Assembly: GCA_029227055.1 (NCBI GenBank)
Contig: JAQXZE010000038.1
Coordinates: 1,186-65,185 of the forward strand
Source: Oscillospiraceae bacterium
GTDB lineage: Bacteria; Bacillota; Clostridia; Oscillospirales; Acutalibacteraceae
Direction: 5' to 3'
DNA: 64,000 nt
Within the stretch, counting starts at the first letter, position 1, and every line of letters begins with the position of its first letter. Positions 60,366 to 64,000 of this stretch are shown one piece after another. The notes beneath the pieces are model-generated. The model was not told where the DNA came from. It worked only from the letters and a program-made list of their open reading frames with translations, and searched no databases. The position numbers and the translations under genes are program-made.

Positions 60366-61106
60366 ATGGAAAAAAATACACCAAGAAGCATAGCGGCAGA
60401 GGTCTCTATTAGAGAGCTTTTAGGTAAGATTTTAGAAAAATGGTATATAATAATAGCAACGGTATTGCTTTTTGCAACATCTTCGGCTGTATATTTAAAC
60501 TTTTTTTCTACTGAGCTTTATTCCTCAACAGCCAAGCTTTATATTTTTAATACTGAAGAGTCAAAGGTTCAGTCAACAGAGTTTGCTATTTCTTCTTATT
60601 TAGTAAAGGACTATAGCGAGCTTATAACAGACCACACTGTTCTTCAGGAGGTTATTGACAATTTAGACCTTAAATTCTCATGTCAAGCATTAAGAGGCGC
60701 AATTTCACTTAATAATCCGCAGGGTACACGTATAATCGAAGTAACAGCACAAGTACCCGATGCAGTGCTTTCTAAGAAAATTGCTGATGAAGTATGTAAG
60801 GTCGCCCAAGGAAAAATAGTTGACCTTATGGGTGTTAGCCGAGTTAATATCATAAGCGAAGGTCTTGTGTCTAAAAGACCGATATCCCCTATAAAGCCCA
60901 AAACGGTTATAGGCTTTGCAACTTTAGGATTGTTTTTATCGGTTACGGCGGTAGCTATCGTTTATATAACAAGTGATAAGATTTATACCGAAAATGATAT
61001 TGAAGAGTATTTGGGTCTTACTGTTTTATCTACAATTCCGTATTCAAATATGAATTCGGTTAAGAAAAAAACAGGCGCAGCAAGGAGAAGGAAAAATGGA
61101 AAATAA
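60366..61106 (+). CDS. Wzz/CpsC-type polysaccharide co-polymerase (BY-kinase transmembrane modulator)
   Basis: N- and C-terminal TM helices flanking an extracytoplasmic domain, with a basic C-terminal tail. Overlaps the kinase gene. Confidence 0.8.
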   Translation: MEKNTPRSIAAEVSIRELLGKILEKWYIIIATVLLFATSSAVYLNFFSTELYSSTAKLYIFNTEESKVQSTEFAISSYLVKDYSELITDHTVLQEVIDNLDLKFSCQALRGAISLNNPQGTRIIEVTAQVPDAVLSKKIADEVCKVAQGKIVDLMGVSRVNIISEGLVSKRPISPIKPKTVIGFATLGLFLSVTAVAIVYITSDKIYTENDIEEYLGLTVLSTIPYSNMNSVKKKTGAARRRKNGK

Positions 61107-61854
61107 TCAGAACAAATCCGTTAATGCTGCAAATGTATATACCGATTACGTAGGTTTAAATAAAACAAAAGCAGCTAAAAAGGTGACCTTTAATACTGCA
61201 TCCGCAAGGGATTATGTTACAAGTGAAGCTTTTAAGACACTTAGAACAAATCTTTTCTTTTCGGGTGGAGGTATGAAGACTATTCTTATAACTAGCTGTC
61301 TAGAAAATGAGGGCAAGAGCACAGTTGCGACCGAGCTTGCGAAGAGCGTTGCCGAAAGCGGAAAGCGTACGCTTCTTATTGATGCCGATATGAGAAAATC
61401 GGTTATGATTAAGAAAAGAGGTTCACACTCTCTTGGGATTGTAGGCCTCTCGGAAATACTTTCAGGTATGTGCAACCTAGAGGATGCTCTTTATCAAACC
61501 CAACTTGAAAATTTTGATGTGATTTTTTCGGGACCTTTTCCGCCCAATCCGGTTGAACTTATCGAAATCGGAAAATTTGATAAGCTTTTAGAAAGATTAA
61601 AGGAAACGTATGATTATATAATTATCGATTCTCCGCCGCTAGGTCAGGTTATTGATGCAGCGGTAATTGGTTCTTTCTGCGATGCAGCTATTCTTGTTAT
61701 AAGCGGAAGAAGAATATCGCGAAAGCTTGCCTTAGATGTTAAAGACCAGCTTCAAAAGAGCGGTTGTAAGATTTTAGGTACAGTTTTGAACGAAAACGAA
61801 AAACGCAGTTCTTACACGCGAAGCAAGTATTACGGAAAATACAATTACAAATAA
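61096..61854 (+). CDS. CpsD/CapB-type bacterial tyrosine kinase
   Basis: Walker A ENEGKST, A' LLIDADMRK, B IIIDSPP and a C-terminal Tyr cluster YTRSKYYGKYNY. Confidence 0.88.
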   Translation: MENNQNKSVNAANVYTDYVGLNKTKAAKKVTFNTASARDYVTSEAFKTLRTNLFFSGGGMKTILITSCLENEGKSTVATELAKSVAESGKRTLLIDADMRKSVMIKKRGSHSLGIVGLSEILSGMCNLEDALYQTQLENFDVIFSGPFPPNPVELIEIGKFDKLLERLKETYDYIIIDSPPLGQVIDAAVIGSFCDAAILVISGRRISRKLALDVKDQLQKSGCKILGTVLNENEKRSSYTRSKYYGKYNYK

Positions 61855-61858
61855 ATAA

Positions 61859-61888
61859 TAAACCCCGTCAATTTTTGACGGGGTTTTT
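61859..61888 (+). terminator. rho-independent terminator after the BY-kinase gene
   Basis: Stem AACCCCGTCA/TGACGGGGTT followed by TTT. Confidence 0.85.
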
Positions 61889-61892
61889 AATA

Positions 61893-61924
61893 TAAAAAAT
61901 GGGGAAAGCGTTTAGCTTTCCCCT
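61893..61924 (-). terminator. rho-independent terminator of pckG
   Basis: Stem GGGGAAAGC/GCTTTCCCC followed on the minus strand by ATTTTTTA. Confidence 0.8.
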
Positions 61925-61930
61925 TAAATT

Positions 61931-63715
61931 TTACATTTTTGCAAGATTTGCTTTAAGAGCGTTTAACTGTTCACGAAGTTCTTCGGGTAATCTGTCTCCG
62001 AACTTCTTGTAGTGCTCTTCGATTTCAGCAGCTTCCTTTTCCCAAACATCCTTGTCAACCTTTAAGATGCTTTCAAGAGTAGCTTTGTCAAAGTCTAAGT
62101 CTGTAAGGTCAATATCGTCAGCCTTGGGAAGATAACCGATAGCGGTTTCAACTGCATCAGCGTTGCCTTCGCAACGGTCAATAATCCAGTTAAGAACACG
62201 CATATTGTCGCCAAATCCAGGCCATATAAAGTTGCCTTCGTCGTCGGTACGGAACCAGTTAACATTGAAGATTTTAGGAGCTTTATCTCCAAGCTTCTCG
62301 CCCATTTCGAGCCAGTGCTTGAAGTAGTCGCCCATATGATATCCGCAGAAGGGGAGCATAGCCATCGGGTCGCGGCGAACAACACCTACAGCGCCTGCAG
62401 CAGCAGCGGTTGTTTCGGATGCCATTGCAGAGCCTACAAATACACCGTTAACCCAATCCTTTGATTGATATACAAGAGGAGCGCACTTTGCACGACGACC
62501 GCCAAAGATAATAGCAGAAATCGGAACGCCTGTACCCTTGTTGAATTCTTCAGAAATGCAGGGGCAGTTCTCTGCAGGAGCAGTAAAACGGGAGTTAGGG
62601 TGAGCAGCACAGGTAGATTTGTCTGCCTTGTTGAACTTTGCAGGATCCCAAGGATTGCCCTTCCAATCAAGAGCATTTTCGGGGAGATTTTTATTTAAGC
62701 CTTCCCACCACACAGTGTTGTCATTTTGGTCTAAAGCAACGTTGGTGAAAATAGTGTTTTTCTTTGTGCTCTCTAAAGCGTTGAAGTTTGAGTGCTCGTT
62801 TGTTCCGGGAGCAACGCCAAAGAAACCGTTTTCGGGGTTGATTGCATAAAGTCTGCCGTCAGGACCTATCTTCATCCAGGAAATGTCGTCACCAACTGTC
62901 CAGATTTTGTAGCCCTTCTTGCGTAAGTACTCGGGTGGGATAAGCATAGCGAGGTTTGTTTTGCCGCAAGCAGACGGGAATGCTGCTGCAACATATTTAA
63001 CTTCGCCCTTAGGATTCTGGAGACCTAAGATGAGCATATGCTCAGCCATCCAGCCTTCCTTCCAACCTTGATAGGAAGCAATACGAAGAGCAAAGCACTT
63101 TTTACCTAAAAGCACATTTCCGCCATAACCTGAATTTACAGAAATAATGGTGTTATCCTCGGGGAAGTGGCAGATGTAACGGTTTTCGGGGTCTATATCG
63201 CAGCGAGAATGTAAGCCGCGTACCCAGTCGTTGCTGTCGCCAAGTACTTCGAGCACTTTAAGGCTTACTCTTGTCATAATAACCATATTGAGAACAACAT
63301 ATACAGAATCGGTAACCTCAATACCAACCTTAGCGAGAGGAGAACCGATGGGACCCATAGAATAGGGAATTACATACATAGTTCTGCCTTTGTAGCTTCC
63401 TCTTGCAATGTTGTAAAGCTTTTTGTACATCTCATCAGGGTCACACCAGTTGTTTGTAGGACCTGCATTTTCCTTTGTCTTAGAGCAGATAAAGGTACGG
63501 TCTTCAACACGTGCTACGTCATTGGGGTTTGTGCGATGGAGGTAGCAGCCCGGAAGTTTTTCCTGATTAAGCTTGAACATTTCACCTGTTCTTACAGCTT
63601 CAGCTCTTAATTCTTCGATTTGTTCTTCACTGCCGTCAATCCACACAACGCGGTCGGGAGTGAGTAACTCTTGCATTTCATTAAGCCATTTATTGACGGT
63701 TTGATTGTTAGTCAT
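61931..63715 (-). CDS. pckG: phosphoenolpyruvate carboxykinase (GTP)
   Basis: GTP-PEPCK P-loop FPSACGKTN and full-length similarity pattern. ATG 63715 has an AGGAGAG RBS; the ORF-track start is 14 codons longer. Confidence 0.93.
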   Translation of the reverse strand: MTNNQTVNKWLNEMQELLTPDRVVWIDGSEEQIEELRAEAVRTGEMFKLNQEKLPGCYLHRTNPNDVARVEDRTFICSKTKENAGPTNNWCDPDEMYKKLYNIARGSYKGRTMYVIPYSMGPIGSPLAKVGIEVTDSVYVVLNMVIMTRVSLKVLEVLGDSNDWVRGLHSRCDIDPENRYICHFPEDNTIISVNSGYGGNVLLGKKCFALRIASYQGWKEGWMAEHMLILGLQNPKGEVKYVAAAFPSACGKTNLAMLIPPEYLRKKGYKIWTVGDDISWMKIGPDGRLYAINPENGFFGVAPGTNEHSNFNALESTKKNTIFTNVALDQNDNTVWWEGLNKNLPENALDWKGNPWDPAKFNKADKSTCAAHPNSRFTAPAENCPCISEEFNKGTGVPISAIIFGGRRAKCAPLVYQSKDWVNGVFVGSAMASETTAAAAGAVGVVRRDPMAMLPFCGYHMGDYFKHWLEMGEKLGDKAPKIFNVNWFRTDDEGNFIWPGFGDNMRVLNWIIDRCEGNADAVETAIGYLPKADDIDLTDLDFDKATLESILKVDKDVWEKEAAEIEEHYKKFGDRLPEELREQLNALKANLAKM

Positions 63716-63864
63716 GATAGCTCTCCTTTTCTGAAAATCAAATTTTGCCTTATACATTATACGCTATTTTAAAAATAAAATCAAGCATTATTAAGAAAAA
63801 ATGATAAGATTTTAACATCTTTCATATTTTTTTATTATATGTACAGAAATAAGAAAAAATATTG

Positions 63865-63892
63865 TTGACAAATTGAAGTTTTATGGTATAAT
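63865..63892 (+). promoter_or_regulatory. promoter of the tRNA gene(s)
   Basis: TTGACA - 16 nt - TATAAT with TG at the extended -10 position. Confidence 0.65.
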
Positions 63893-63906
63893 AATCTTTG
63901 CGTTAT

Positions 63907-63984
63907 GGTGGATGTAGCTTAGTTGGTTAAAGCGCCAGTTTGTGGCACTGGAGACCGTGGGTTCGAGTCCCATCTTCCACCCCA
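63907..63984 (+). tRNA. tRNA-His (GUG)
   Basis: Hand-folded cloverleaf. Extra G(-1) opposite discriminator C73, anticodon loop TTGTGGC, T-loop TTCGAGT and encoded CCA. One U-U mismatch in the acceptor stem (6:67). Confidence 0.9.
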
Positions 63985-64000
63985 GTCGAGAGCCTCGACA

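Noticed and set aside
63985-64000. Palindrome GTCGAGAGCCTCGAC immediately after tRNA-His.
   Set aside because: It is truncated by the window edge, so I cannot tell whether it is a spacer hairpin, a terminator or the start of another tRNA.

Overview
64-kb chromosomal segment of a low-GC Gram-positive genome. It looks like Bacillota, class Clostridia: Prp plus an N-terminally extended L27, a KOW gene between map and infA, RicT/PSP1, a DUF512 gene upstream of der, and mini-RNase III. Almost everything is core housekeeping. The main blocks are a complete S10-spc-alpha ribosomal-protein cluster (rpsJ to rplQ, 43.1-58.5 kb), rplU-prp-rpmA-obg, ffs-dnaX-ybaB-recR, rnj-rplI-dnaB-tilS-hpt-ftsH, and yceD-rpmF / DUF512-der-plsY-gpsA. 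Also present are holB-trpS, galU, ktrAB, ddh, cysK, rhaA, GTP-type PEPCK and a tRNA-His. Two genes below the ORF-track length cutoff were read directly from the sequence: a 2x[4Fe-4S] ferredoxin and rpmJ. Several ORF-track starts were moved to RBS-supported starts. I found no CRISPR array, IS or transposase, phage, restriction-modification or toxin-antitoxin genes, and no convincing multi-gene novel system. The most unusual loci are three. First, an AT-rich single-gene islet (27.0-27.8 kb) encodes a Walker-degenerate ABC/SMC-type ATPase head bracketed by a 26-nt hairpin-forming inverted repeat. Second, a roughly 280-nt multi-hairpin leader with its own consensus-like promoter and an internal terminator-like hairpin lies upstream of rpsJ. 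Third, a GC-rich, ORF-free structured region sits between rpmF and the DUF512-der operon. Smaller oddities include structured spacers inside and after the r-protein cluster, a basic N-terminal extension on RNase J, tandem zinc-ribbon membrane paralogs, an orphan rhaA and an orphan Wzz/BY-kinase pair. All functional calls come from motif recognition by eye, with no database search.
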